Positions 1-23,365 of a stretch of DNA of 64,000 nucleotides are shown here, piece after piece (position 1 is the stretch's first letter; each line of letters begins with the position of its first letter). Below the pieces are notes generated by a model. It searched no databases. It worked only from the letters and a program-made list of their open reading frames with translations, and was not told the origin of the DNA. This stretch comes from Bugula neritina (taxonomy: Eukaryota > Animalia > Bryozoa). The stretch is taken from contig OZ037765.1 in assembly GCA_964035545.1 (NCBI GenBank), positions 24,117,504-24,181,503 on the forward strand. Direction: 5' to 3'. The translations under genes and the position numbers were made by a program.

Positions 1-442
1 TTTACTGATTCAGATTGTGATACACTCATACTGATACTGATAGTCATACTCATAGTGATTACATATACTTTTAGTTTTACTCAATCTGAATCTCAGCCTG
101 ATAGTGATACTCATATTGATAATGCTAGTGATACTCACTCTTACTCTTACTCTTAGTCTTAGTAATATTCATATTGCTACTCAATAACTATAACTATAAG
201 TATTAGTATAACTATAAGTATCAATATCAGTATGAGTATTAGTATAACTATAAGTATAAGTAACTCATACTCATACGGATGGTGATTTATCATAATCATA
301 ATGATTTACTGATAATGCTAATCTAATGATTTACAATTAGTATTACTGAATTAGTATTACTGGTAGATTACTCATTTACTCATTTAATCATTAAACCAAT
401 AGTACTAGTAGTACTCTAGTATTACTAATACTACTAGTACTA

Positions 443-483
<41 letters not shown>

Positions 484-870
484 GTACTACTACTACTACT
501 ATTACTACTACTACTACTACTAGTAGTAGTAGTACTAGTAGTAGTAATAGTAGTACTAGTAGTAGTAGTACTAGTATAAGTATTTAGTATAACCCTTAGA
601 CTACTCTAACTCTAAGTTTATAAGCTTGCACTATTAGTATAAATGTATTACTATTAGTATTAGTAATACTAATACTAATAGTGATACTGGATTACTATTA
701 GTATTACTACTAGTAGTAGTACTAATATTACTATTACTATTACTATTAGTTTTAGTATTACTTTATTACTTAGTCTTATAGTTATACCAATCGTTACTGA
801 TAATACTATAATGATAGAGAATAATTAATAGTAAATGTAATACTAGTAATAATACTAGTAGTAATTCTAC
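1..870. repeat. 3/6-bp-periodic ACT/AGT low-complexity tract upstream of MFSD13A, including (TAC)n/(TAG)n
   Basis: ACTCATACTGATACTGATAGTCATACTCATAGTGAT..., with near-pure (TAC)n then (TAG)n at about 445-575. Confidence 0.85.
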
Positions 871-1888
871 TAAAAAGATTGATTTCCTAAACTAAAATCG
901 CCTTTTTGTCAGTGTCTTTTACTAGCCAGCAACTACTCCAGAATTGCTAATAGCTCTTAAGTTTTATGAAATCATCTGTGTTGATTTTGTCAAACCAAAA
1001 CTTAGTTTTGACTTCTCTGGTTTAAAGAGCAAAGCACTTGATATGGCATAAACTATTTTGTAAGTTTAAATCTTCAAGGTGGGGGATTAAGTTTTAGATC
1101 AAAGATTTTACACGCAAGTAGGCTAAGACTCTGACTTGAAACTCTAATAACAACATTCAATACTTGCTCAGCTATTTTATTATAGCAAAGAATTTCACTC
1201 TGCGAAGTTGGAGCAGTTTTTTCCTAATTAGTTTTATGTAAATTATGCTTTGTTATTGACTTGTGAATTGAGTTAAAGGATTGAAATTTATAAAAACTGA
1301 TCTGATGCTAATTCTAATCCATTAGTTTCATTTTCTTATTAAGTTATAACCACAAATATTTTGTTGAACTCATGATGCACGTATTGTTGTAGAAGATTTT
1401 TTGTGACTTGCGTAGTACTTTTTGGTGTTGTTAAGAAGATAGAAATGTGTGCATAAGGGAATAAATTCTATGTTAAAGAAGTCAAGATGAAATTTAGATG
1501 GATTGTAAAAAGTTAAATGATGCTTTTTTAGCATTTTTACTCTCTGTATTGCATGCTATGTGTCCACAGTTGTGTTGGGAAGCTCTCAAAGTTTTTAATG
1601 ATACTCATAAGTGCTAAATGACTTACAACCTTGGAACACTTTTTAAAGTTTACAGGCTCTATAATATTCTCAGACTATTCTGTCTATTCTGTGCTGAGTC
1701 AACCAAGTTGATTTTACTCCAACTTTAATAACTTACTGACTATAGAATAGCGATTGTTTAAAGTTGCATATGTGTGAAGTATTAATCATTTCAACTCAGA
1801 GCAATAGCAACAAACTTATACAACTCAATATTTTTCTTTACTTTTAGCATTCAACTAAATATAGAAGTCATTGTGCGACTGGTGAGAG

Positions 1889-4800
1889 ATGTCATATAGC
1901 ACAGGGCTATGCTATGGCAGTATCAGCTTGTTCTCCACCATTCTTCACAACATATTCATCCTCTATCACTTTGACATGTTCATGTCTGTGTATAGAATTG
2001 ACAAAACTTCTTTTTGGATTGGGGAAGCCATATTTCTGGTTTGGAACTCTATAAATGACCCATTATTTGGTTGGCTTCATGACAGACAGCACATTTCATC
2101 AGCAGATAAAAAGTCAGAACAAGCATTCAATTTTCATAGCCCTGCTACAGACTATAATTTACACAGGCGGAATAATGAAATAAACACTATCAACAACGAA
2201 AGTGCTCAACAAAATTTTAGCAATGATGAAGCTGGTGCCTCTCCCTCAGTTATCGTACAACGATCAACAATTATTTCATTTTGCGGACCATTATTTGCCC
2301 TATGCTTTAGTTTGATATGGTTTGATTGGCTAATACCCTCTGTCCAGTTTCCTATTTGCCTTTGTTTATATGACGCATTTCTTACGCTAATAGATCTTCA
2401 GCAATCTGCCTTGCTTGCCGAGTTATCTATTACCTTGAACTCAAGAACAAGAATGAATACTTACGAATCTATATTCAGTGCCATGGGCTCCTCTTCAGTA
2501 TTTCTCTCATATTATTTATGGGATAAAACCGATCTCACATATTTTAGAATGTTTTGTCTATTTTTGGCTGGCCTGTCAGCTTTAGGATATTATATAGTAG
2601 CAAATATTTTGAAGTCTAAGTATATGCAGAAAGTTAGATTTAGAACTCATGAGTTATCAAAGACCAAGTGTAGTCTTAAAGACTTTACTCAACACATCAA
2701 GACTTACAACAATAAGCCATTGAGGTTGTTCATTCGACAGATGCTCTCTCATACCAATTTTCTAGTCTTTGCCGTCATTAATATTATACAGGTAAACAAT
2801 TTTCTGTTAACATAATATTAAATAATACATGCTTGTAAGTAGTGGTAGGCCAGCATGTATTGGGAATACCAAAATCAAGTGGCTGCTAAATTTCTAGTAA
2901 TTCAGTATTCCAGTATTTTCAGTACTAATTTTCCAGTTCTGTGCTATCATTACCAACTATGACCTATTGAATGCGTTTACCCAACATCAAATGTGAACTT
3001 ATGTGATTGATGTTATGTCATAAAATAAGGCAAATTGGGTAATGGTGCTAAAAGTGCTACCAAGACACCGGTTGTCATAGAAACGGTTCAGTGATGCCAA
3101 ACAAATGCGTGTTTCGGAAACCAGGCAAATACCAGCTCAGGACCAAGTGCAAAGCAATGCATGCATGTTTATATATTTTATTTTATTTCATGCTTTGTAT
3201 CTTCATTTACAAACACTTGGTAATGGTTATTATTTTTAAATAGGTGTTCCATTGCCATTTCAACAGTAATTTCTTTCCTATATTTATGGAATCTCTAGTG
3301 GAAGATCATCATCATTATGGATTTTTCCTCATAGGTATAATAATTAATTTGTTCAACCAAAACTACATATGCTTGCATTATCTTTTATTGTGATTGGCTC
3401 ATCAACTAAAACACTGAGTGAAAAAATTCCATTTGAATTTATCGCTGCATTTGATGGGTTAAAATCTTTGGTAAATTCTTTATTCTGTGTCTTGTAGGAA
3501 TATCTTTCCTGATGCCTCACTTAAACAACTTATTATTCCTAAAGATGTCCAACATCTATGGGCTATATGCCATTATCAAGTTATTATTCTTGCTGAAGCT
3601 TTTTCTCTCCATCATCATGTGGCTAACTGGTCCATCTTTTGGCTGGTTGATGTGTTTCTTCATAGCCAGGTATGTGTAGTCAATTGTCTCCATGTGCAAC
3701 TTGTTTAAAATTAATTGCAAAAAATCATGTGTTCAATTATTGCCATATTACTTTGGTTAGTGCTAAAAATTACTTTTTTATAAATTCAATTAAAGTTGCC
3801 CCCAAACCTATGATCTGTGTCATTACGATTAAAGGCCAGTGAGCCTATGTTTTGTGTAGGCATGTTTATTGTTGTCTAGAAATTATACTGTTGCTAATAT
3901 CATTCGATGTGTTGTTTTTATGTTTCATACTGCCTAGAAACTATGATTAACATCATATGATTGTTAATAATATCATTTTATATATATATTGTTTTTCAGC
4001 AACAGAGTATTCACTGAAGGCACATGTAAGCTGCTAGCTCTAGTCATATCTGATCTCGTGGATGAAGATTTTGTGAGAAATAATAGGAATGAACCAGTAT
4101 CAGCGTTGATATTTGGCACCGCTAATCTACTAGCAAAACCTGGACAAACATTTGCCCCCATAATCGGAGCTTCCCTTATATCTTATATGACAGGTTTGTT
4201 ATACTAATTGTGTAATTCTATCCCAAAATGACTAATGTCTACCGTTTACAAACATGCTTTGTTAGAGTTGTCTTATCTATGTCTTGGTTTACTCGATTAT
4301 AGTGTAGTAATGCACTGCTCTGACTAGAATGTTTCAAGTTTAAACACACTTAGCTAAATTAGTACCAAAATTGAGCTGAGTTCTGTGACATGGGTTTCTT
4401 GTTATTGAAGGTAGTAATGTTCAGCTGCAAAATTTAAATGGCGAAATCTACTGGAAGAAATAGTGTTAACTTAAATCTGTTATTTAAGATCTAAATTTTT
4501 CTGAATATTACTTATAACTTACTTTATTCAACTGTCATAATTGTGCTGTGCAGTAAAATGAACAAGTCTTATTGTTCAAATAGAAAGATTCAATTACTAC
4601 ACTTAGCCTTAGTATATATATTTCAGCTATTTTCATGCTGATACTTCTACCTAACAATCTTTTCTCAAGTTGTGTCTAGTGTGTTCTAGCCTTTAGTTTC
4701 ATTATTTTTTTATTAACCTCTTACAAAGATTTCAAATTTCAGGAGATTCATCAATACCAATCGGAAGTTTGTCATAAATTATAATTGCCAAGTACTGGCC

Positions 4801-5332
4801 TAAGGCCTTTTATGTACCTTAGGATCTGGGACTTTGACTAGAATTTCAACAGATGTGATAATAATAATATATCACCAACCAACCCGGGGGATTGTGGCTG
4901 CCTCTAAAATTCATTGAATATTGATAACATGGATTTTGAAAGACGAGTAGCTGTGATGCATCTTTTCCTGTTCATAGTACTGGCTTTCTACATGTTTACA
5001 AGCTATTGAATATTTAGTCTAGTTGATGAAATTTTCAATCTTCACATTTGAAATTGCCTAATAAAGTTATTGAATAGGCTTGCCCAATTCGGAATATTAA
5101 AAGCAAGTATGTTTAAAATAACTTTGTAGGTCAAGACATCTTTGCAAAACCTTCTAAAGGCACGAATGACTTATATAGAACTGCATGCTTCCAGATGCTA
5201 GTCTATATTCCTCTTGTTTGTGGAACAGCACAGATGTTTATTTGGTCATTTTACAAACTTCATGGCACTAAGTTACAAAGAATAAAAAGCATGCGCTCAA
5301 ATTCAAATATTTTATTGCTGGCAACAGTCTGA
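1889..5332 (+). CDS. MFSD13A: MFS domain-containing 13A / TMEM180 transporter (5 coding exons)
   Basis: Exons 1889-2791, 3244-3334, 3498-3669, 4000-4193, 5130-5332 join in frame through GT-AG introns. Motifs [22 protein letters not shown] and [12 protein letters not shown] are characteristic of TMEM180. TGA at 5330-5332. Confidence 0.9.
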
Positions 5333-5604
5333 CATAGCCAATATTTATTTTTTAATTCACAGATACAATAATTTAATAAGATATAAGTCAACTTGTTATT
5401 AATCAAAATGAAGAAAACTCAAGATGTTGATGAAAATAAGCATCACAATATTTTTTTCTTTGGTTGGTGTCTATATTAGAGATTTTACTCTTTTATTACA
5501 ACATATATTTTCTTGTTTAGGCAATAATTTATCACAACAAAAATCTGATTTTTATTCTGCGGCCTATATTTTTTTATATTTTTTCTTCAAATATATTTAG
5601 TATA

Positions 5605-7927
5605 TTAAACTGAATTATTTATGCTCTCTTTAATACGTTTGAATATATTTGGAAGCATTGCTAAATGTGTATCCACACATTTTAAGGCGCACTTATCAAG
5701 TGAGAGAGAGGCCTGTTGCCTTTCCTTTTCACTTGGATTTGCTCCTAAATTATCTTGAGAATTGTCTCTACAATCTAAGGCACACCTTTGAAGCCGGTTC
5801 TGCAAAAATGCAAAAAATTAATCACTATGTTTCTAAATCAGCTTGTTGATTAGTGAAAAAGGCACATGTTCCTATCCATGCTAAATGAATAAAGAAATAT
5901 ACCAGAGAAGCTTTTCGTGTAAATGATATTTACAATACATGTATAGCTTGTCAATGGTGAAGAAAAACACAAACTGGACATAATGTGCTTACATATATTA
6001 TATGCAGGTATTGTGTTAAATATTATTTAATTTAATAAACCAAAAACATGAGTACCTGAAATGCTTGCATCTCAGATTGCAGATAATGGTCCGCTTTTAC
6101 GACTGGAGCGTTGCATCTGTTTACACATTCTTGAACTTGTTGCATGGATAGTTCATTGTTTTCGCAGCACACAGTACTACATTTAAACATTTTTGCCTAA
6201 AATAAAAACAATAAATAACAATTTCCTTTCCATACAAAGCTATCGGTTATATACAAATTCCCACACCTGTTAATTCTTCACAGTGCATATCTCTAGAGTT
6301 TGAATGACCTGAGCCAAACCCTGAAAAAGCAAATTACTTGGAATTATATTCTCTTGTTGTCAAGTTTTATTGCATTCTAATGTATAAAAAATAACAATGA
6401 AGTACTAGAAAAAGTATAATAGTCAATAGAAGGAGCTATTAGTCTTGTAGCATATATGCGCAGTATTATTTACAACATTTGAATTTTAAAAGTTCTAATA
6501 ATTAATAAACTACTGGCTGCTGCTGCTACAATAAGCTCATTTCAAAAGTTAAACTTCTTGAATTGAGACTCACATCAATTTAGATTACTAAATTAGAAGA
6601 AATTACACAGCTAATTTACATGTTCTTTTAACTTGCACACTATTCCAATTTTAAAAACATAAGTTGAACTTTTCGACTGTGGTGCTGTAATAGTACCGTT
6701 CTTTACACAATAAACACAACTTGCACAAAATATTTTTTGGAAGTGATTAAATCTAGACACTATTGCACCATAACTAACATCAAATACCTTAAGGTAAATA
6801 AGAGCGCTAAGACCATGTCAAATTGAGCTAAAATACTTGAGAGTGCTGGAGTTGAGTTGAAATTGCTGAGCTAAAATTATCACTTGACACATGTGTTTGA
6901 AAATTGAGTAAGCAAAGGTTCCAATTGTTTAAATTAGTTCAATGTTGACTGGATCAGGTACTTGTAAATATAGAATTAGGCATAATCTTAAATTTTATCT
7001 TATGCATCCTCTTGTTTATTTCTAATATTTGTGTACCTAGCAATTAAATTATAAAGATTAGCATAAATATGAAATTAAGATTAGTTTTTGAATCACTAAC
7101 TGAAAGAACTGTAAATTCAATGTGCATTCAATTTCATACACTTGCAGTCATTACAGTGATACTCATTGTGATAGTCATATACTCATAGTGTGAGTGATAG
7201 TCACACTGATACTGTCAGTGCAAGTGTATACGCAACACTAGGTCTAGTACTATGTCTACGACTAGTAGTAGTAGCACTAAATTAGTAGTTTGCATTATCA
7301 TAATGATTATGATTTAAATTATATTTACATCATTTTAATTGTGTCACTATGACTATGAGTATGTCGTATCAGTATGACTATGCTAATGCTGCTGAGTATA
7401 ACTAGATATTAATTAATATTTCAGTTTTCACTCAGTTTCAGTAAAAAAACTGAAGTTGTTGCAAGTGTAAAGGTTGAGTGAATTACTATTACTATACTAT
7501 TGCTACTAGATTAGAGTAACTCTAACACAATTGCAAGCACAAGGGCAACAAATTGAAATTGATTTGAATTACAAACTAAGAAAGTAAGTTTAAAACTTCA
7601 ACTTGAACCATTTTAAATTCAATACCGATATGGGCATACCATCACCATGTCCATAACCATAACGCCTAACGGCTAACGGTAACCATTACTTCATAGTAAT
7701 ACTCATACTGATACTAATAGTGCTAGACCATAGCCATTGCCTATTGGCATCGGCCTTACCATTACGCCACTATCATTATGCCGTTACAGTTTGAGTTAAT
7801 GTATCAGTTAATCATAATGTTAATTGTTATGGTTATCCCTTACCTGCAGCTTTCTTATGCATGATTTATCTAGCTCATTCATGTGCTTGTCAACCGCTTC
7901 TTGAACCTTGACATGGGCTTGTTCCAT
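5605..7927 (-). CDS. FAM136A: FAM136A-like mitochondrial intermembrane-space protein (3 coding exons)
   Basis: Exons 7927-7844, 6196-6056, 5799-5605. Translation MEQAHVKVQEAVDKHMNELDKSCIRKLQ/AKMFKCSTVCCEN...CVNRC...FQ/NRLQRCALDC...CALKCVDTHL shows the four Cx3C-type motifs of FAM136A. Confidence 0.9.
7141..7830. repeat. Periodic low-complexity tract at the 5' end of FAM136A intron 1
   Basis: AGTGATACTCATTGTGATAGTCATATACTCATAGT..., CCATAACCATAACGCCTAACGGCTAACGGTAACC. Confidence 0.7.
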
Positions 7928-9241
7928 TGTGACTGTCCAGGCGGCTTCAACTTCGAGCGAGTAGCCAAGCAGTTAACTAAATATTTAATCAAATTAAAAT
8001 ATGTGAATGTAACCTCAATGCTCAATCACAATGCTGAATGCAACTGTATACCGAAAGCCAGCGCTTTTTGATACGGGAAATGACAAAAACGTGTATTCGC
8101 TCAGCATTGTAACAGTGTTGTAATGTTGAAAGTATTATAAGACAGTGTTATAAATGTACAATAATCTAGAATTTTGCTGACGCTCACGATGCGATTTTAT
8201 ACAGTATTTTGAGATACTTTAATAAAGAATATGAATTATGATAAAATCAAGCCTAGTTCAGTAGGGAGAATTTCTTTATGCATACAATGTATGTCACTTA
8301 CATCAAAAGATATTTCTAGAATGTTGTGACACTAATTTGTTCACCGATGATATATTGCTGAGTACACAATGAGCATAGACATACAACCTCATTCACTTTT
8401 ACAAATTTACCAAACTAAAGCAAATTCACAATTTGGTGTGAGTTGCATATGCCTATAGAAGCAATTGTCTAACGAGTAACTAGCTCATGGAGTGTAATGT
8501 AAGTGGGTACATGCACATATAAAGGTTGTTGATGGAAACTTGAGCATTTGATGTGTTTGAGAAACAGGTTTTAAAGGAAATAAAAACATATTAGTATTGT
8601 TGAAAAGCAATCTTGCTTGAAGAAAGCAAACAAAAAGAACTTTGTTGAATATAATGGTATTGTTGTACTGCCAGCTTTTACTTCTGCCTAATGGTGAACT
8701 ACTTCATTGACATATGCGAGGCCTAAATATATTTTTATTATAATATAGTGCAAATATCATTATGAATTTTAAAATAATCAACTATAATTGTTTTGATACT
8801 TTATTGTCAGTCAAACTAGTCAGCAAAATCATTTATATTCACAAGAAATAAAGTAATGCTAAACTTAAAGACAGTAAGACATCATGAGCAAATTGAATAC
8901 AATCATAAGCAGCACTGACCTCTTTATTTATAAAATAACCATCAAATATGTTTTTTGTGGATAACCTCTTTCACTAGTATGCATAGATATGTGTAGGAAT
9001 TTACTACATTCAAAATATAGCCAGCTGAAGCAGGAAAACAGCTGTTTATTCAACAGAGAGCACATAAGACTGACATTACATATAACATAATATATATATA
9101 CAGTATTTACTAGTGCACACAATATTGTATTATGTATAACAGGTTATATTTTCTAAAAAGTCCACCAGAGAGAACATTGTTCAACAATAATGGTGTGTTC
9201 ACATTCTATTATGGTTGCAGGAAAAAGATTGTTCCTTTCAG

Positions 9242-20129
<10,888 letters not shown>

Positions 20130-20855
20130 TTTTGTTGGATCAAATTATGAACAATTACTATAAATTGTAGATTTGAGTATTATTGGAACCAGCACTATGA
20201 TCGAATTTTGAAATTATTGACATTCATGGTAACACTTATGGTCCCGGCTTTTGTTGCAATTGGAAGTCCTACAAAAACATTATAAGAGTTTATAGTTTGA
20301 ATATATAACACTATAATCATTTGAGCATTTAAAAGAACTTTCAGGTACTTCCTTCAGTTATGATTTCAAATTGTAAAATTAAACCAAAAAATAAGCTGCA
20401 AATGCCTAGAAATTAGGTTAAAAGCTCCCAATTTTACACCAAATTCCCAATTCAACATTATATTTTGAGAGGCAAACAAAACATTTGGATACCCAGCGTT
20501 ACTTCTGAATACTTTTTGCTAAATGTTGGGAGATTCCACAATATTACCGAAGAGATACCATTGGCTCTAAAATAGGCATCTCTTAGCTAGTTCAAGTTTG
20601 TAAGAGAAACATGGAGCTGTTGACATACACAACATCTGAGAAGATATTGTATCTAATCGCAAAAGGCAAAAGATAAAGCTGAAGCAGTATCTCAAAATAA
20701 AAACTACTTAGTACCGCTGCTTACAAGATGGCATGCAGAAAGACCCTTACTAGATACTACACACATATAAGACTATTAAAAAAACTGTCAATCATGCAAC
20801 GGACTACACCTGATAAATTTGTTGAAAAGTGTCATTTATGGTCAGACCGACTGAC

Positions 20856-21451
20856 GGGTTACTGTCGTTTCGTACACAAACTACTGTCCATTTCTTAGAC
20901 AAAATAAATAATAAATTAATCCACTGGATAACCACTTGAATGATACTAGTTTACTTATTTATTGCACCCCTCTCTATCTCCCAGCATGTTTCCACTTCAT
21001 AAATAAACCAAAAGAGCAGTTCTCCCTTAACATCTACATATCACAATAGTAAATAAGCATGCGACAAAATAAAATGTGCAAGTTTCTTGTGAGCAGCACT
21101 GTATGACTCATACCCACACAAAATTCACGCAAGTTTATAGTCATCATCACTGTGAGAAAACCCCTGATGGAAGATTTTTTGTTAAATCGGGCTAAGGACT
21201 TATTCAGATGGGGCACTGGATGCATTTCCTAACATCACCAAAGACTTCGTGCTTACTAGGCAAATGCTCTAACTCCTAGACCACGGCTGCTTCCTCACTG
21301 TATGACTCATTCATCAAATAATAAATAAATATCAAAAGATATGTACTTTAGTTAATTCATATTGATGTGTACAAAACGACCTATCACATGTGCACAAAAC
21401 GACCTGAAAAAGTGGGTATGAAACGACTTGTATATGAGATGACCAGCACCC
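20856..21451. mobile_element. Non-autonomous DNA transposon (MITE family 1) in the predicted POLR3A 5'-UTR intron, interrupted by a SINE
   Basis: Ends GGGTTACTGTCGTTTCGTACAC... and ...GACCAGCACCC, with subterminal (G)TCGTTTCGTAC-type repeats. Degenerate 8-bp TSD CGACTGAC (20848-20855) / TGACTGAT (21452-21459). Homologous fragment at 42672-42838. Confidence 0.7.
21112..21295 (-). mobile_element. tRNA-derived SINE, copy 1
   Basis: Minus-strand head GCAGCCGTGGTCTAGGAGTTAGAGC resembles a tRNA 5' arm/A-box. Flanked by an exact 15-bp TSD CACTGTATGACTCAT (21097-21111, 21296-21310). Body aligns to 53870-54066. Confidence 0.8.
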
Positions 21452-21829
21452 TGACTGATACCCGCCTAACAATATCCAACTGGTTTTCCATTTTCATAAT
21501 GGCAATCATAATAATATTGACGAAATCATAATGTTTATTATAGCCTACTTTACCTCATAGATATAGATTTATTTTAGTGTTACTATCGGTATAACTCTAA
21601 CAGTAACTGGGTATAAGAATAACTATAAGTCAAAACCAAATATCATTAAATTATAATAATTAATTAATTAATAATTAATTAATTCTAAAGAAACTTGTAA
21701 TTGAATTTTTCTTAAAAACAAATTCAATATTATGCTGTAAAAAAATTTATATTTTACAAATTCTATTAATACAATAATAAATATTGTGTTCGGACTTTTA
21801 AGTCATACTAACATTAAATTCAACACTAT

Positions 21830-22470
21830 GTATTACTATTGCTATTGGTATTGCTATGACTATGAGCATTAGTAATCACTATTACTATTAGTATTAGTAT
21901 TAGGTACTCAATTAGTATTAATAATAGTATTAATACTATTAGTATTAGTATTACTATTAGTATTACTATAACTTTATTAATATAGCTATAACAATGATGA
22001 TTAAATAAATTAATGAATAATTATAATCTTAATGATTATGATTATCATTATGAGCATGAGATTGAGTGATTAACTAACATTTAAAACTAAGACTAAAAAG
22101 TAAAACTAAAACTAAAAGTAAATCAGTAATACTAATACTAATAGTAATAGTAATACTAATAGTAATACTAATACTAATACTAATAGTGATACTATTACTA
22201 ATTCAGTAATTGTATTTCAGTATTTGTAAAACTAAAACTACAAATACAAAAAATACTAATTATAAAACTAAATCAGTAAAATTAAAACTAAATCTAAATG
22301 TAAACAAAACAGTAACACTAAAAGTAAAAGTAAAACAGTAATTGTATAACTAAAACTAAAAGCCAAAATGAAAGAGAAAATCAAAATGAAAATGCAAAAA
22401 CAAAAGACGAAGTTCAAGTTGAAGTAAAATAAGTATAACTATTACTATAAGTTAAAGTACTGATTATTAA
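21830..22470. repeat. Periodic low-complexity tract at the 5' end of predicted POLR3A intron 1
   Basis: AGTATTAGTATTACTATTAGTATTACT..., AAAACTAAAACTAAAAGT..., TAATACTAATACTAATAG. Confidence 0.8.
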
Positions 22471-22580
22471 TTAGCACTACCCTGTGGCCTGTACCTAAGA
22501 GTTAACACTACGGATACAATAAAAATCATTTCACATGCTGTCAGGTCGTACTGAACCAATAAGACTAGGAGATCAGTTAC

Positions 22581-23365
22581 GTTTTCACCTTTTCCTTTGC
22601 TTTCCCGACATTCATGCTGTTTTCGACAACAACGTTCATAAATGGATTCGACAGTAGCCGAATGTGTGTGGACAACAACTCTAAAAAGCTACTGTGCCAA
22701 CCAAAAGCAGCAGTAAAATCAAGTTTAGCCCTATAAGCTATGAGTGCCAGCAAGCTATCATGCGGATAGAAATCCGAGAGCGCCTCTAACATTTGCACAC
22801 TGGTAGAAATCACCGACCACAAAGTTTAACCTTCACATTCCGCCATAATTTTCATCAACGACTGTGATCAGTGTGTAATCGTACATTGATATCCCATTAC
22901 TAGTACTACCAACACTACTACTACTAGTATGAGTATCGGTAATAGAGATTGAGTCAAAGACAACTGAACTGATATCTCTAAACTAGCAAAATTTGTTTAC
23001 CTCTAATATAAATAGCATTATATTGATATTTTACACGCACATCACATTTTCATTTTGAGTGATTTATTTCAATTCGGTAACACGAACACTCAAAGTCAAA
23101 CACTAGCAGCAACACTAACTCAAACTGAGATTGTGTGTCAGTTGTGGTTAAAATTGAATGCTTTGGTCGCATTCTGATAGTAGTTCAGTTCGAGTTTCAG
23201 TTTCACATTGAGTTTGACATTCATATTGTGTGTGATCATTTCTGATTCAACTGTTAATCATTACGACTTTTAGTTTTATATAAAAAGTAATAATATTAAT
23301 TGCCAACCGGTCTCTACTGCTACAACTAGAAGTAGAACTATAAGTATATTCATATTGGAATTGGT
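22581..23365. promoter_or_regulatory. Probable bidirectional promoter region POLR3A / SF1
   Basis: A minus-strand donor at 22580 and acceptor at 20269-20270 define a POLR3A 5'-UTR intron. The SF1 ATG is at 23366 on the plus strand. Locally CpG-richer, with YY1-like CCGCCAT at 22840-22846 and flanking periodic tracts. Confidence 0.55.

Noticed and set aside
3071-3084. RFX X-box-like GTTGTCATAGAAAC in an MFSD13A intron
   Set aside because: A single motif away from any predicted TSS, with no supporting context.
7928-9241. POLR3A-FAM136A operon or trans-splicing
   Set aside because: The gap is 1.3 kb and FAM136A has its own 5' periodic tract. No evidence for polycistrony.
21240-21295. tRNA gene suggested by the GTGGTCTAG...GTTAG head (also at 53870)
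   Set aside because: No T-arm/B-box or acceptor-stem closure. The shared downstream body and TSD identify these as SINEs.
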